Notes under the pieces: generated by a model
What the model was told of the DNA's origin: nothing
Database searches by the model: none
The model's input: only the letters and a program-made list of their open reading frames with translations
In this document: one piece after another, positions 1-14,207 of the stretch
How positions within the stretch are numbered: the first letter of the stretch is position 1
Layout: every line of letters starts with the position of its first letter
Translations under genes and position numbers: made by a program
Origin: Fimbriosthenelais zetlandica
Lineage: Eukaryota
Assembly: GCA_977030845.1 (NCBI GenBank)
Contig: OZ365114.1
Coordinates: forward strand, 17,112,001 to 17,176,000
Direction: 5' to 3'
DNA length: 64,000 nt

Positions 1-3000
1 TCAGTTATAGCTTCTGAGGCGGATTGGCACTGGACCGCTACTGTATTATACAAGGTAGAGGGGCAGAGAGATGGGGACAAGGAGGAAGGGTTGAAGAGGG
101 ATGGAATCAAGCAGGGTAAGTGGGGTGGCATAAGAGAAAAAAAAGACAGAAAGAAACGTATTAGAAAGCATGCTTTCACACACAGCTAGTGTACAATGCA
201 GTATTAATGTACAAACACACATTTTCTATTCACAATTCGGCAAAACAGGCATAACCAGCGCATAGCCATTATTGGTGCGTTATTTAATGGATATGTAGAT
301 TATTTAAAATCCTTGATTAACTAAAAGAAATTTAAAGAAATGCATTTTACTACTATGTGAATGTTCCTAGGGATTCTTTAGAAAAGATTTCTTTTAGAAT
401 TTAGAACTGGAACACCATAAGTTTGACTTTCCATGCAGTGTTAAATGATGAATTTAAATGGTGAATTTCATATTGCGCACTGGATATCTGCCATGACTTA
501 ACCGCATATGAAAATAATTATTATATACAAATTGAAGCCACTATACAGCAAATAATCTCTAAAGTTTATATTAACCCTGAACATGTTAGGCTACAGAAAA
601 CTCTAGCCTTTATATCGGGTCAAATGAAGTTATTGATTTATCAGCAGTTAAAAATGGCCAACAACAGCTACAGAGGCAGCCAATTATGGTTTTATGAAGC
701 TACAAAGAGCAGAGTGGATTAATAAGCATGTGTATGATTGATACAAACACAATGCAAGCAGTCATGTGCGCGTGCTACTATGTATTGGACAATGTACATT
801 ATATTCACCTAGAAATATCCAAGCACAAAATAGATCAGATTGAATGGAAACCATAATGGGGATAATACTCAATACGTGTAATGCAGTGCAGCATGCTGTA
901 CACTAGTGCATTAACTATAAACTAGCACGCTCAATCGAATTTGAAATTTGCCACTGATTAAGGTAATATATGTCACAAGAAACCAGCGCACAAGGGAACA
1001 TCCGAGGATATCACAGTCAGGAGGATATTATTATAGCAAAATGCACGGCCAATGCATTCTGTATATTATATACAAATGGACAGGGGTAACAGAGGACAAT
1101 GTATTGTTCATATTGGCAAAGAATAATCAGGGGCCAACAGGTGCTTTATACTGTCACCCTGAGAACCTGTGATACACATGGATATTAATAGACAGTGTCC
1201 TGTCCCTATTCTAAACAGCATAAGATATAAAAGTTATGCACTTCTAAAATCAGTAATATTAAATATTATAAATCATATTCTATTATCATCATGTAATATT
1301 ATTGAACTGTTCCTTCCAGATCACCAATAAATTGTCACCAGTGGGAATGAATTATTTACCACTTTAAATTAAGAAAAATATTACTAACCCTATCACGAAT
1401 TTAGTAGGAAAATGTTATTTTAATTCACTAGTAAGGAACATAATAGAAGGAAAAACTATGCCAGGGAAAACTGTGTAACTGTATAGTAGATTTTTCTCGT
1501 GTATTCTGCTGTTTTGGGGCCAGTCAACATCCAACCTGATCTAAACAGGGTAGGTAAATACGGGTATATGTCTAGTCACAATTTACATACCCTAGTAAGA
1601 TTTTTCTTATTCATATCAAAAGTGATTGTAAATAGAAGGAATGACTTGACATTCAACTTCAGGCAGTCATATGGCAGACCCAGTTATCATCCAGTCGGGT
1701 CACAGGAAAACACTGAGAGGAATGAAATCTGAATAGCCATATACCGTAGTCAATACCATATAGTCCTACTTTGGCTATTTCTAATCATTAAAGGTACCTG
1801 TCTAGTGTAAAAAGTATATTTTTTACAGTGTGCCTCAAGCTAATTAAGTTTACTGATCTTAGACTAATTACCAGGCAAATATACCTGTCAGAAAATATAG
1901 GCCATCCCCTAAACTTCAGTAGGCTTAGTTAGGGACATCCGTTTTTATAGTTTCCAAAACAATTGCTTCTGATTTAATCTGAACACTTGCTTAACGTTAC
2001 AGTAACCGTAGGCTATTACGTTTCCAAAAGTAAAGGTAAAAATGGGAAGACCTTCTTTCCATTATCATGATTTGGCATCATTTTGGAAATAATTATTGCA
2101 ACTAGATCTAACTAGACATACGGTACCCGTGAATCGTAAATTATTAAATATTTAGTAATTTAGGGGTATATTACATTTAACATTTATTAAGAAAACGAGT
2201 AAAACTAAAAGTGATGCCGGAATATATTTTTTATCCATTTAATTAAGCAATAAAATTCTATGTCTACGTTTAATCTGATAATAGTCTTAGCCATATGATT
2301 ATCATGTGATGCTTCTTCTCGAACAAACACCACCCAGTGAATCACACAAACACCATGTACATTGAGCATGACCCCAGGCCAGGGCCTGGCTACACCACCA
2401 AACCCGCCCCACAACTGTCACTCCAGCCCTTCCACTGGCAAACCGCCGTCTCATTCATTGAGATAAGAAATAAACGCACCATTATTAAAACAATTCTAAA
2501 ACGCAACAACTTACCAATGGCAAGAGCCACAACGAAGCAATAGATAAAATATTTCATGGTAGCAATATGTTTACGTCTGGTTTTTTGAAGACGTAGGGAT
2601 TTTTCTCGTAAACTGTGGGGAGGGGCGACCGGTTCAGGACAGCTTAGCTCTTCCCCAGATGGATAGAATGGTTTGAATTGCCTGTAAATCCAGTTGGTAA
2701 GGCCTGTTCTTGTTTCTAGAGTTTGGTAGAAAGTAAATGTCCTTGAATTTTAACTTTGAGGAGGAAAATTCTGGCAGAGTTCACACCGACCCTTCTAGCT
2801 ATCCTCGTCGCAGCGTTATGGCCTCCTCATCACATGATATCTGAGTGGTACAACCGCGCGACTACCAATCACTCTACACACTAACAAAGAGGGGGCGTGG
2901 TTGCAAATAGTTATACCCGCCATCATACAGTGTAGCATGATCAGAGTGCATGAATTAAATCATGTACTTTTTAGAGACATTCTCTGATTGTAGTTCCAGA

Positions 3001-5688
3001 ATTTACAATTTTAGTTAAAGTATTAAAAAAAGAACTAGCATTATGAGAAGAAGATTCTGTCAGTTGGATTTATTCCTCTATGCCTAAGCCTACTTCTTTA
3101 AAAAAATAATTTATGTATTTAAAAAATCATGGATCATGTAGATTCAGTGACAATAAGAAACACATGATATTAGAGCCATATATAGCTTAGCTTTATTCTT
3201 GAACTGATTCGTTATCACAGTATTACATGTAGAGCGGGGACTGTTGTAGTTACAAAATAGACACACACAATATACAAATTTATAATATTATGGAAAATAA
3301 CTTAATTAGCATGACAATAATTTGTTATTCTTAACCAACACAGAGTATTAAACACCATTATTCTCACTTATCAATCTCTCTTCTCGTGGTGATCAATTCT
3401 CAGCTTGAGTAATTAGGCATATATATCATAGTCTCTTATCAAAATTCAAAGCATGGCATGAAAAATGACCAAATTATACAGTAACAATTCAAGAAAGAAA
3501 AGTAGGGCCTATTAGGCCGATGTAATTATTTAGAAAAATTAAGTTTAATAGAGATACGGAGAGTGTATTAAATGTGATTTACAGGACAGATTGTCATTAA
3601 TTTAAACAGTGACATTATCAGACCAAGCTGGAATTAATTGTATCATATTTTGAAGGCACACTCCTTAAAATATTTTAGAGCATTAAGGTTTGTAAAAGAA
3701 ACATAGAAATACAAATATAGATGTATAGTACTGGTACCTACAACTAGTAGACAGCCAATTGTTTTACAAGAGATATCTCATGAACGGGAGAGAATTTGGG
3801 TTATAATTTGAATCAGCTTTAAGCACAAGCATTCTTAAAGTTCTGCTAATCTACTAGCATCGCATCGTCTTTGGTTAAATGTCACAGATATATATATATA
3901 TACACTTTGTACACAGACGTCCTATTTACACTGAGAAAAATAAACTGGACTAGTACAGATAATGGGAAGACCAAGTTAAAACATTATGAGTTATTTCCAA
4001 TAGCACAACACATTACTATATTCAACAAGTAAAGGTGGATTCAATGCGGGCAAATGACAATCAGAGTATTCTATTATTTAAAACGAAATAGAAAAATAAT
4101 AACGAAATATGAAAAATTACAAGAAAAATCCCACAAAACTCTTAATTGTTTAACAATCTTGGTGAATTCACTGGGCTATTTACATCCTGGTGAATTAAAA
4201 GTATGGGTATCAATGTGGGTGGGAACAGCAGCACAAACAATGTATTAATTTGTAGGGCGTTAGATGCACGGATGATAACATTGTGTCAGATGGTAGGAAT
4301 CAATACAAATGATTGAACCTCGGCTCTCACTCTCTTGTCACAGCTGGTTATGTATACATGTACATCCCGGTCAACTATCATTTATTAACGCCAAAAACTG
4401 TCACTGGTCCCAAAGGAGCGACACTAATAACAACATTATACTTGCAAAAAGAATAATTGATCTGTCATTGGACATCTAAGGGGAGCCCCTACACTTTTAT
4501 AAGCACCTCCATCTAGGTTTTAGAGAATACACGTATAATAATAAACAAGAGCTTCTAGATATAGTAACTATTGTATGGGTATAAAATATATACTACACTG
4601 CTTTTACGAGGTGCAATTATTTTAAATTTCAAATTATTAAAACGGCATTTCTATATACAGCTTTATAAAAAGATAGAACAGGCAATGGGGACACAGTGTA
4701 AAATTCACATAGTCATTCTGAGGACAATATGTGGACTTTAACCTTAGCAAAATTGACTTTTTCACACAAGGCAGATATAGCGTTGATCTTTTTTTTCCAC
4801 CTACTTTAACTCAGACCAGGCACAGTCTTTCATTATCTTTTCAATAAAATTCTAAGGTTAGACCAGTTTACAGGTCCAAAGACTGAAGGCATGGGATCGA
4901 GAGAGAATAGACGGACGGGTGTATATCTTATTCACTACAACATTACGATACTTTATAAGAACCCTTTAACTCCAGGCACATGAATTATACAGTCTTTACT
5001 CAGAATATTTCTTAATTATTTACTAATTATGGGCCTCTATACTGAAAGCTACCGACGGACGGTATTTATAATCTCTCCATCTCCGATCAAGAATTAATCT
5101 CAATGGAAATATAAAAACTTTCAAAAACCCTTAGCACATAGTCCATTATCATAGAGTCATTTTATCCCATTTTCAGCATTATTTTATAAAGCAATCAATG
5201 CCCTAAAATAAAAGCCTCAACAAATTAACTTGCCACAATGAAAGTGTCCCGTCTATAGAAACATATTATCAATAGACAAGAGCAGATATGGAGGCTCAGT
5301 AATCTTGTCTGATAAGCCTTAATGTATCATCGTTATCAGGAGTTTGTTCAATAGTACCATTGCCTGGTATTCTAATAACACTTTGACATAATGCTTCAAA
5401 GACGTCTTCTGATAAAATACAGCATCATCTCAAGATTCCAGCAGAAGATCAGGAAGCTATACTACCGTAAATGGAAACTAAACTTAAATTAAAGATGCAT
5501 TCAACAATATTCAATGTGTATTCACTGTATTAGATCTAACAAAGAAAATTTGATCAAAATAAATGGTTTAACCAATTTTCTACTGATAGCACTCTGATTA
5601 TCAGCAATATGGCCAGGGAACATGGATATTAAACACAGATATATAAGGTGAGTGACACTCTTGCTTCTTTATACATGTTCTGGTGAGT

Positions 5689-8600
5689 TTACATTCCCGC
5701 GCCAGGTTTGAATTTGTTGATGAAGACTTTGATTGCACCATTGAAGTCAGCTGAGACGATGACTTCACCACGGACCTCGGGAGGTCCCGTCTTATCATCT
5801 GAGTCTTCATACTGGAACTGAGACTTGATGATGAGACCTGGCTGGGGGGCAAAGATGGCCGCCGTCACTACCGCTTGATGCGCTGGAAAAACGAGCAAAA
5901 ATTGCCTTTTATTGAACGAAAGCCCCTAGAAAGTGTTTCAGAACAAAGTATGTCACTGATTTTCCCCAGTGATCATACCTTTATAACTTTTAAAAAGGTG
6001 CAGGCAAAAAGCATTGAATTGACCAGGATGGTGTGTATGGGGTAATAGCATACCTTTGATTCCTTCCCAGAAATCATTCCTGTCTCGGCGAGCTGAGGTG
6101 TACTTGTAAAAGTCGTGCTGGGTTCGCCAGATATAGACAAAGTGATCCTCTGATCCACTGATGATGTATTTACCATTAGAACTGTGCGGAGGACAAATGT
6201 ACATTAAATTAGAGTTCAATAGGCTACATTACCTTATCATTTTCCTATTTTCTTGTATGGATTGACTACATTTTTCAAAGTCGGTGCCTAACGCAACTGA
6301 TGTCAAGATTATCAAGTTGAATAAAGATAGAAAACTCACCTAAAACTGGCCTTGATTTGACTGCTATTATTAACACAGCCTTTAAATTTAGAGGTCAGAG
6401 TGAGGTCACGAAGGTCATACAGACGTACACGTGAGTCATTTGATGTGACCAAGATCTGAAAAAATTGGAAGATGATGAGCAAAGACATACAAAATCCAAT
6501 CTAACCTCAAAAGATGTGCTTCTTTTTGTTCATTTGTTTTTACCTGGTCATTAATATTTGCCTTACCTTATCCTCGCCGGGTACAGGTTCAATCCCCGTC
6601 ACCTTCCTACCACGCGCATTCTTACCCCGAGTTGACCTCACATGTATCTGAGTGTAATACTTCAATTGCTGGAAACAGGAAAACACCAAATGAAAACTTG
6701 GAATATGGAATAATGGACAGAAACCACAGTAAAGGAGATATGCGTTATGACAATACATTTTTCCGAAAGAAAAAAAGAAAGAGATCTTACATCTGTGGAG
6801 TAGAATACACAGCGGCCATCATAAGTGCCCACCACAGCGAATCGTCCATTAAGACAGAAGTTAGCAGCAGTGATAAGTTTAGTTTGACCTATCACCTCAT
6901 TCCATAATGCCACCTTCTTGTCAGGGATGTTCCACAGGCGGAGCTTCCCATCGAGGGAACCACTCAAAAAGTAACGATCATCCTGTCAGCAAAAAAAGTT
7001 TAGGTTACAAATCTGAAAGTAACTTCCATTGAAATCTACCGCACTATAAGCAAAACAGAGATAGAACCTTACCCTTGGTAGAAAAGCTATAGCAGTGACG
7101 AAGTCTATATGTTGGAAACAACAGAGACACTCCTTTCTTGAGATATGCCATAACCGGACAGTCTTATCCATAGAGGAAGACAGGATGAAATAATTCTGAA
7201 AAAAATTCAAAGATCGGTCAGATTCAAAATGTATTTGCTATATGAGTATCAGAAATGCTCTTCAAGTGTAAGAAATAAACTTTTCAAGGGACTTATATAT
7301 TAAACTTATTTTTATGATTGACATAGTACTGACCTTGGACCATGAGAGGTCAAGCAGGTCAGCCGTGTGACCTTTGTAGACCATGAATGGACGGCGCATG
7401 AAGGGCGCATGTTTGTCTTCTGGAAATTCAGGTCCAGCCTGAAAATAGATTCAAAACAATTAACCATAGAAATAACTAGCGTTCTCAGAGATCAATATAA
7501 GATTAAAATGTCATATATACAGGATTGAAGTTAGAAATTACAATACTGGGTAACCTATAGGGCTCCTATTTATTTATACAATGTCGTGTGTTGTTTGAAA
7601 GCAATTAGATTTGCATGTCTTAAAAATGTAGGATGTACAATTGTATTTATGCATAAAACATGTTGATTGTATGTGAGTGATACAATGTTGTTTTCTTGTA
7701 AGTTGAAGCACAGATTGATTATTAGGGCTAGAAAATTGAAAAAACCGGATTTGGGAAGGGTTTCTAGAAGGACGTTACTTCAGAAAATACATTATACATG
7801 TAGTTACGAATGGGTATGTATAAGCAAAGCTGGTCTGATGTTCCTAAGGTAACTTTACCAAAAGATTACATCGTTTCTATGATGATACATGTATACAGCT
7901 ATTTAAATATTACATAGCCTGTATCATCAGGCAATCAATAGTACAGATTGAATAGATGAATAATGTATGAAACATATTCCCTTGTATACATGTGGACCTA
8001 GATTACCCCACGAGTGTATGTAACTTATTGTATAGAAAGCCTAACACATAATAACGAACCAGTAAAACAAATGTATTTCATGATTAAATTTATGAATTGC
8101 CAACCGACCAGACAAGACTTATCTAATGTAAAATTAAGTTTTAAAGTTGGAAAGTATTACTGTTTTCTCTTACCCAGAACACAATTTAACTTGGATAACT
8201 GTAAAAGTTTTAGTAAAGAACACGGGTTATTCAGGGGTCGAAATGAGCCTTGGGTTAGTACTCGTATTGTAAATTCGTACTCGTAAACACCTGAGATTGA
8301 TACTATTGTTCGTCTTCTCGGGTTTGTTGCGATCTTTCACCTACTCCAGGACACCCTAGAGACTGCCTGAGGAATTTTTTCCGTCATTGTCTATGCACAT
8401 AATTATTACTTCTTTATGGGCCCTTCTTTGATACTCGTAATTGTGGACGAGTGCACCACCATCCAATGGTACTGGTCCACCACAGAAACTCACAGATTAT
8501 TACAGAGTTTTTTTTTAATACCAAAGAAAATACAAGAGAAACTTCAACGCTAGACCTGTTTGTTTCATTCTAACTCCCAACAAACAAACTGGAGTTATCT

Positions 8601-10446
8601 GAAAAAAATCTAAAATAAAGCCTAAAAGATTAAGTGAAAAACACTCAAACAAAACTCCCAAAAGCCAGAAGGGACATATACTGAAATACTTTACATTTTC
8701 CTTCTGAATGGAATTTACAGGTGAAAGAACAAGAGAATCCAAGATGTTAGGTGAAGATATGGAAGTACAAAGGAAGAAATAACACATTATTTTACAAGGA
8801 ATGAATTAATTAAAGGATTGAAATAGACAACCAAATAAGGGGGAAAGAAACAAACAGGCCCCTGATAGATAGGTTAACAGGTGGCGCCGAGTTAACTGAG
8901 AACTGAACCACCACCCCTACCTGGTAGAACTCCGACATATCCTGGAATTGTGCATTGACAAATTACGATGGGATGTGTAAGGGGATAACGACATGTAATT
9001 ATATTGATCTAAAAAATTATAAGTCAATCACATAATGTGCTCTGATAAGGATATTAATGTGACCGATAAAATAAATCATAAGAAATTTAAATAAATTAAA
9101 ACATGTTAATATAGACCTGTGAATATGGGGCGGATGCATAAATAATAAAAAAAATTAGAAATTGTCGGATGAATCTGAGCTCACCTCGGCTTGAATGGAA
9201 TGCTCGGATGTTTGGGAACTCAGGCTGTCTTGCGATGGCGTTGGCGAAACTTTAGTGGCTGTAAAAGTGAATTCTTGTATTGTATTTTTAGATTATAATC
9301 ATATTTCCCAATAAGGGGCAATTACCGCAAATAGTTATTGGGAAATGATCTCCAAATAAATGAAGTTATGTGCTTACCTTCACTATATTTTTGTCGCATA
9401 TCGTCAAAGTAAGCAGCAGAATCCTTTAACACCCAAACACGTAGTAAGTTATCCTGCCCTCCTGTAGCCTATTATAAGAGTTATGCAAAATATGGATTAG
9501 CATAAATCCAGTAGAAATTCTTATTGGTCTACTCTAATTGATAGCAAGCTCACATGTAATACAATAACGATAGAACTGCATATCAAAGGTTTGAGAAATT
9601 CTCTGAATTTTAAATCTCAGAATCACTGAGACACAGCTTACCAAAAGTCGGCCACAATGGGAAAATTTCATGCTCCATACGGCGCCCTAGAATAGAAATA
9701 TAAAATATTCAAACATTTTACAACAAATTCAGCCTTGCACATAAAACTTCTAGGCCACACAATATTATATTCCATATTATGTAAAGGCAACACATAGAGA
9801 GAAAATCTTTTGATGTAAGTCAAAATAATCTATGACATTTGAAAGGTAAAGAAATACATTCATTACAAATGTGACAAAAAGAGGAAACGACATGACAATT
9901 AACAAATAAGAGGTAAGATAATATACGGTGTTTGTAGTATAGCCTACAGATAAAAAGAATGTCATTTAAACATACAAGGATAATAACAAGATATAACAAC
10001 AAATCACATATAACCAGGACAAAAGGAAACATTCTGAGGAAGGGGATCAGGTATGTTTTTCAATAGTTTCCTAATTAAACACTTTCACTTACAGTGATAA
10101 GACCTCGTGGCTGCCAGTGCATAAACAAACCAGCTAATATCAATACATGAACGAGATGGATAGGGCGTGTGATCATGTCAAATTTACACTAATTATCTAG
10201 TGTAAATGGGGTGATAATAGTGTACATTTACACTCATTAACTCATGTTAATTTGCAAAGAAATTATTGATGCATATATGGATATGATACTACATGGATTT
10301 AGTGGTGGGTGGGTGGGGTTATTTCTAACTACCTGACCTGTATGTATTATTGAGTCCAAACTTACGGATTGTTCTCCCCTCAAGTCCTGGACAGGAACAA
10401 GAAGATCGAAGTCATAAGGTCCCTTGTTAGAACTTGATGCTTTGAT
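5689..10446 (-). CDS. WDR44: WDR44 C-terminal WD40 beta-propeller exons (last 11 exons)
   Basis: Translated exons give successive WD40 repeats: [99 protein letters not shown]. Several are partly visible in ORF-track entries 6986..7210, 6662..6967, 5953..6219 and 5689..5898. Confidence 0.95.
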
Positions 10447-13400
10447 CTATAATTAAAAGATTATAATGAAATGGCTTTCACTTCCTCCTGTATCAAAATA
10501 TGTAATGGGAATAGTACATCTCCGTATTATTTCTAGGGCGCCAATGCAGCTGAATAACCATATTAATTTATCTTTGTTCATTTACCTTGATCATTCGCCT
10601 TCCATCTAGCGTCTCGTCGTCATCATCAGACATAGCATTACTGTCTTTGTCGTGTAGCACTGTAACATAGGAGGAAGGAGTGAATGGTGTCAAATGAATG
10701 AATGAATGGTCTCAGAGAAATTTGAAGGTGGAAACTATTGTCACTGAATTCATGTATTGAGGACTTACCTTCATCAGCGACAGACTTGATTTTATGGACG
10801 GTTTTCCCGATGAATCTTTTAAGTTTAACACTGTTAGAAAGAGATATTATAGTCTTTTTATATGGAAACACTGCATTTTTTTTTTTTTTTTTTTTACTTA
10901 TTTGAATATTATATTTTCTAAGAAATAGAATTATCATTCTACTTACGTTCGTCTTGATACAGGCTTCACGGAACTGATTGTTTTGTTTTTGGCTGACTCC
11001 TTATGTTCATCATCACTTCCATCTAATTTATGTAGACTTGAATTACTGTGGAAAAACATTGCATTGATATTACTGACAAACTGACAGATGCAAAAAAATA
11101 AATGATATATTATGAGTAAATGGAATGACTTACCTTGAGTATTCTTGAGTTCTTCTCATTATATGTAGGGATAAGGGATTGACACATCTAGGGAGCCTGT
11201 CCTCCGCTTGTGACAGAGGTATAGTTTCTCCTGTGTCTAAATTTAAAACTGTGACCATCTCTAGTATCTCCTGGAAATGTTAGAAAGAAATGTAAAGTAC
11301 CTTATACACTGGACTAAAGATATGGATTATGGTGAGTTTTTAATTTAAAAAAAAGAAAAAAAGATTCGGCTTATATACGGTACCTTGTCTGTTAGGAAGC
11401 GGCTGCCTGAGTTGGACCTAGGTCGTTGTTGAGACACAGATACGTTTTTATCAGTTCTCAATATGGAGTCCTTGCCTTGCTCCTCAGTACTGCCACTCGC
11501 CTCATGCTCACTTTTGCTTCCTTTGTCTCTCACTGAAGCACCCCGCGATGGTCCACTTTTATGAAGTTTGGCCTGAGTGTTCTTTTCTTCCTCAGTCAAT
11601 TCAGCCTTCGAAGATAACTCGTCCTAAAAGACAGCCATGAAAGAAAACAAAATATAAATCAATAATATTATTTACAGTGGTGTATATTCCATCATGCCTT
11701 AGCCTAAGTGTACATTCACCTGGTTAGCCTAAGTGTACATACACCCGGGAAAATGATAAAGTATTTCACACCCAAAATGACCAATATTATCTCTATTTCT
11801 TACTGATTTTCGAGATATGCTGGATACTGTACCTGTTTGGCAGTAACAACTCGACTACCAGCTGTGGCACTCTTGAGGTCGAGACTCTGCTCTAAATCTT
11901 TAGTAAGGCTGTATACTGTGCTGGTTGGTGTTGGCAGACCATGGGTAGGCAATCCTTTACTACCAGGAGATAGGCTGTCACCCTTCAAAATTATAATTTC
12001 AAAATGTCAATGTTTAGTTTATTTTTTTTTTGCTTTGTTTTAATTCATTATCGGATTAAAAAACATTTACTTCGTAATAATTCCTAATTAAAATGAAAAT
12101 TAATTTTCAACTTACGGATTCGTCAGCTGATCCTATCTGGACATCAGAGGGTTTATTTTTTCTTTTCCTTCTCGGGGGTGCTACAGGAGGGGGTGGTCTT
12201 GGAGGGGGTAACTTGGCAGGTCTCAGCGTGGCTGCCTTTGCACTTTGCACTATATCAGGTTCAGGTTTCTGATCTTCACCAATCACTACTGGGGGCAGGT
12301 CTACTGTCAGTTTCTCATATTCAGGCATTTCCTTCATATGCACTTTTGTTGTTTCTTCTTCTGGTTTATTCAGGTTCATGTCTATGTCTTCTGACGACAC
12401 CGATTTTCCAGCTGGAGCCTGAAGGCCTGCCCCCAAGGCGGTGTTTGAATCAGGACTAGCATTATCTTCACTGCTCGGCTCGTGAATGGCGATGGGAGGC
12501 GTTAGTCTTGATCCCGAATCTTGAGCAGCAACTGTTAAATTAAAAAAATTGTATAATTATCAATTTTAGAAAAACAAAAATTTACCTAAAGACCTCAGGT
12601 AATGTACGATAAATAATTGATAATTTGGACACTTTTAGTCAACAATTTGGGAGAATCTGAAACATAATTTGAGAGAAAAATGTGAGAAATTCCTACTTGT
12701 ATTATCTTCTAGGCTTGGAGTATCTTGAAGGGAAGCAGATTGGGGAGATGGAGGTTTTGTGGGTGATGTCAGCTCGTCAGACATCATGGACCGCATCATC
12801 TCCAACTTCTTCCTCCTCTGTTCACTTTCTTCCACTTTACGCTGCAGTGAGAATAATGAACATAAATATTGGAAAGACTTCAAAGTGGAGAAAATAAGTA
12901 AGAATTAAAAAAGTTCCCCCATGATCATTGATTCATACACAGCTTAAATGTTTTACATTTTTTAACTCCATAAATATTTTCTCACCATTCTCTCCAAAGA
13001 ATCACGTTTTTGAGCGGCGAGGTCTTCATCCTCCTCCTCAATATTGAGACTGGAAGGGAACAATTATATTTAAAATAATTATGTGATTTGAAACGAGAAA
13101 AAAGAAGGACTATTGAGATTACTCTTTTTTAAACTAAAGACAATACCCGGGTATTTATTGAATCAAAATTATCATGTCTTAAATTTAACAAAACATTAAT
13201 TAAATGTTCATACAGACCTGTCAACATCAAATGATCGTTCCTAAAACAAATAAAAAATGTACATTCAATTAAAACAGCTTGGAACAGACATACTTGATAT
13301 TATTGTAGCAGTAGGGGCAACTTTTTGGAATTAAACCATGGCATGGGAATATTATCTAGTATTATGTAGGATCCACATTGGATCTTCAAACTTAAAATGT

Positions 13401-13933
13401 ATTCGTAAATTTGTGTATCTGTTACTATAAGTTAAAGTACTTACACTGACATTCTCTCCTCCGCTGTTGATACTGAAAATACAGGAATTATATAGATATT
13501 TAATAGATTTATAGTAGTCTACTAACACTACTATAGACTGACCTACACAGTTAGTCTACACTGTCACTGGTCACTGGGTCTGGGTCGGGGATCTAGAAAA
13601 TTCACTCTCAGTCTCACTGATTATGATTCAGGCGAGTCTTAGCATGGTTTAACAATGGTGTTCAATGTCAACCAGGGAGACTGAATAACCCACAATCTGA
13701 TATGGACTGGGCCCTTCCCACACTCTACATCCCACTCCCCATTACCATTGGCCATTCCAGCACAGCACAGACTCAGACTAGCCAGAGGCAGAGTGACAGA
13801 GGACAGGCATAATCTCACACTTTGCGGGCCAATAGACAGACAACTACAAATACCTTGGATTCCTCAATGGTGTGACATCTACTGCATCATAAAACGCATC
13901 ATCGCAATCACTTCCTGAACTCAGAGACGACAT
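5689..13933 (-). CDS. WDR44: WD repeat-containing protein 44 (Rab11 effector, rabphilin-11), complete 23-exon gene, 2769 nt CDS, about 922 aa
   Basis: Exons 5'->3' on the minus strand: 13854-13933, 13445-13472, 13218-13240, 12986-13049, 12697-12841, 12116-12531, 11833-11982, 11384-11623, 11134-11270, 10947-11045, 10769-10830, 10586-10659, 10366-10446, 9642-9686, 9378-9468, 9185-9258, 7334-7438, 7073-7195, 6791-6982, 6567-6668, 6340-6455, 6054-6181, 5689-5882. All introns are GT-AG and phases join into one frame. Diagnostic WDR44 motifs: N-terminal [144 protein letters not shown]. Boundaries of the low-complexity N-terminal exons are less certain than those of the WD40 exons. Confidence 0.93.
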
Positions 13934-14207
13934 TTTAATCTTTTAGAGAGCAAAAATACAGGATTTCCGTATACAATAACAAACCAAGATTTCATTTGGC
14001 CGCCATGTTGGATTATAATCTCGCAGCCAAATATCGCTAAACCGAGATTTCTTCAATACAGCATTTGATTTTTCCATTAATATGTAATCATTTTTTATTA
14101 TTTAAATATAACTACAATAATGTAACTAAATATTTGGAAAACAGCATTTGTTAAGAAACATTATCTTTCAAGATTACTTTACCCATGATGCTTAGCGAGC
14201 TGTCAAA
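13934..14207. promoter_or_regulatory. Compact bidirectional promoter / 5'UTR region shared by WDR44 and Fmr1
   Basis: Only 274 bp separate the WDR44 ATG (13933, minus) and the Fmr1 ATG (14208, plus). A YY1-type motif GGCCGCCATGTT (CAACATGGCGGCC on minus) lies at about 13998-14010. No CGG repeat tract is present. Confidence 0.75.

Noticed and set aside
8870-8900. AACA-GGTGGCGCCG as an LTR end plus primer-binding site, or a CTCF site
   Set aside because: No accompanying LTR or gag/pol features; only a partial motif match
7875-11745. Small hairpins and direct repeats in WDR44 introns (7879-7929, 9303-9346, about 10200-10232, 11699-11741) as miRNA or snoRNA
   Set aside because: No complete C/D or H/ACA box set, no known miRNA sequence recognised, and stems are short and AT-rich
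13934-14207. Fragile-X-type CGG repeat
   Set aside because: No CGG tract between the two start codons
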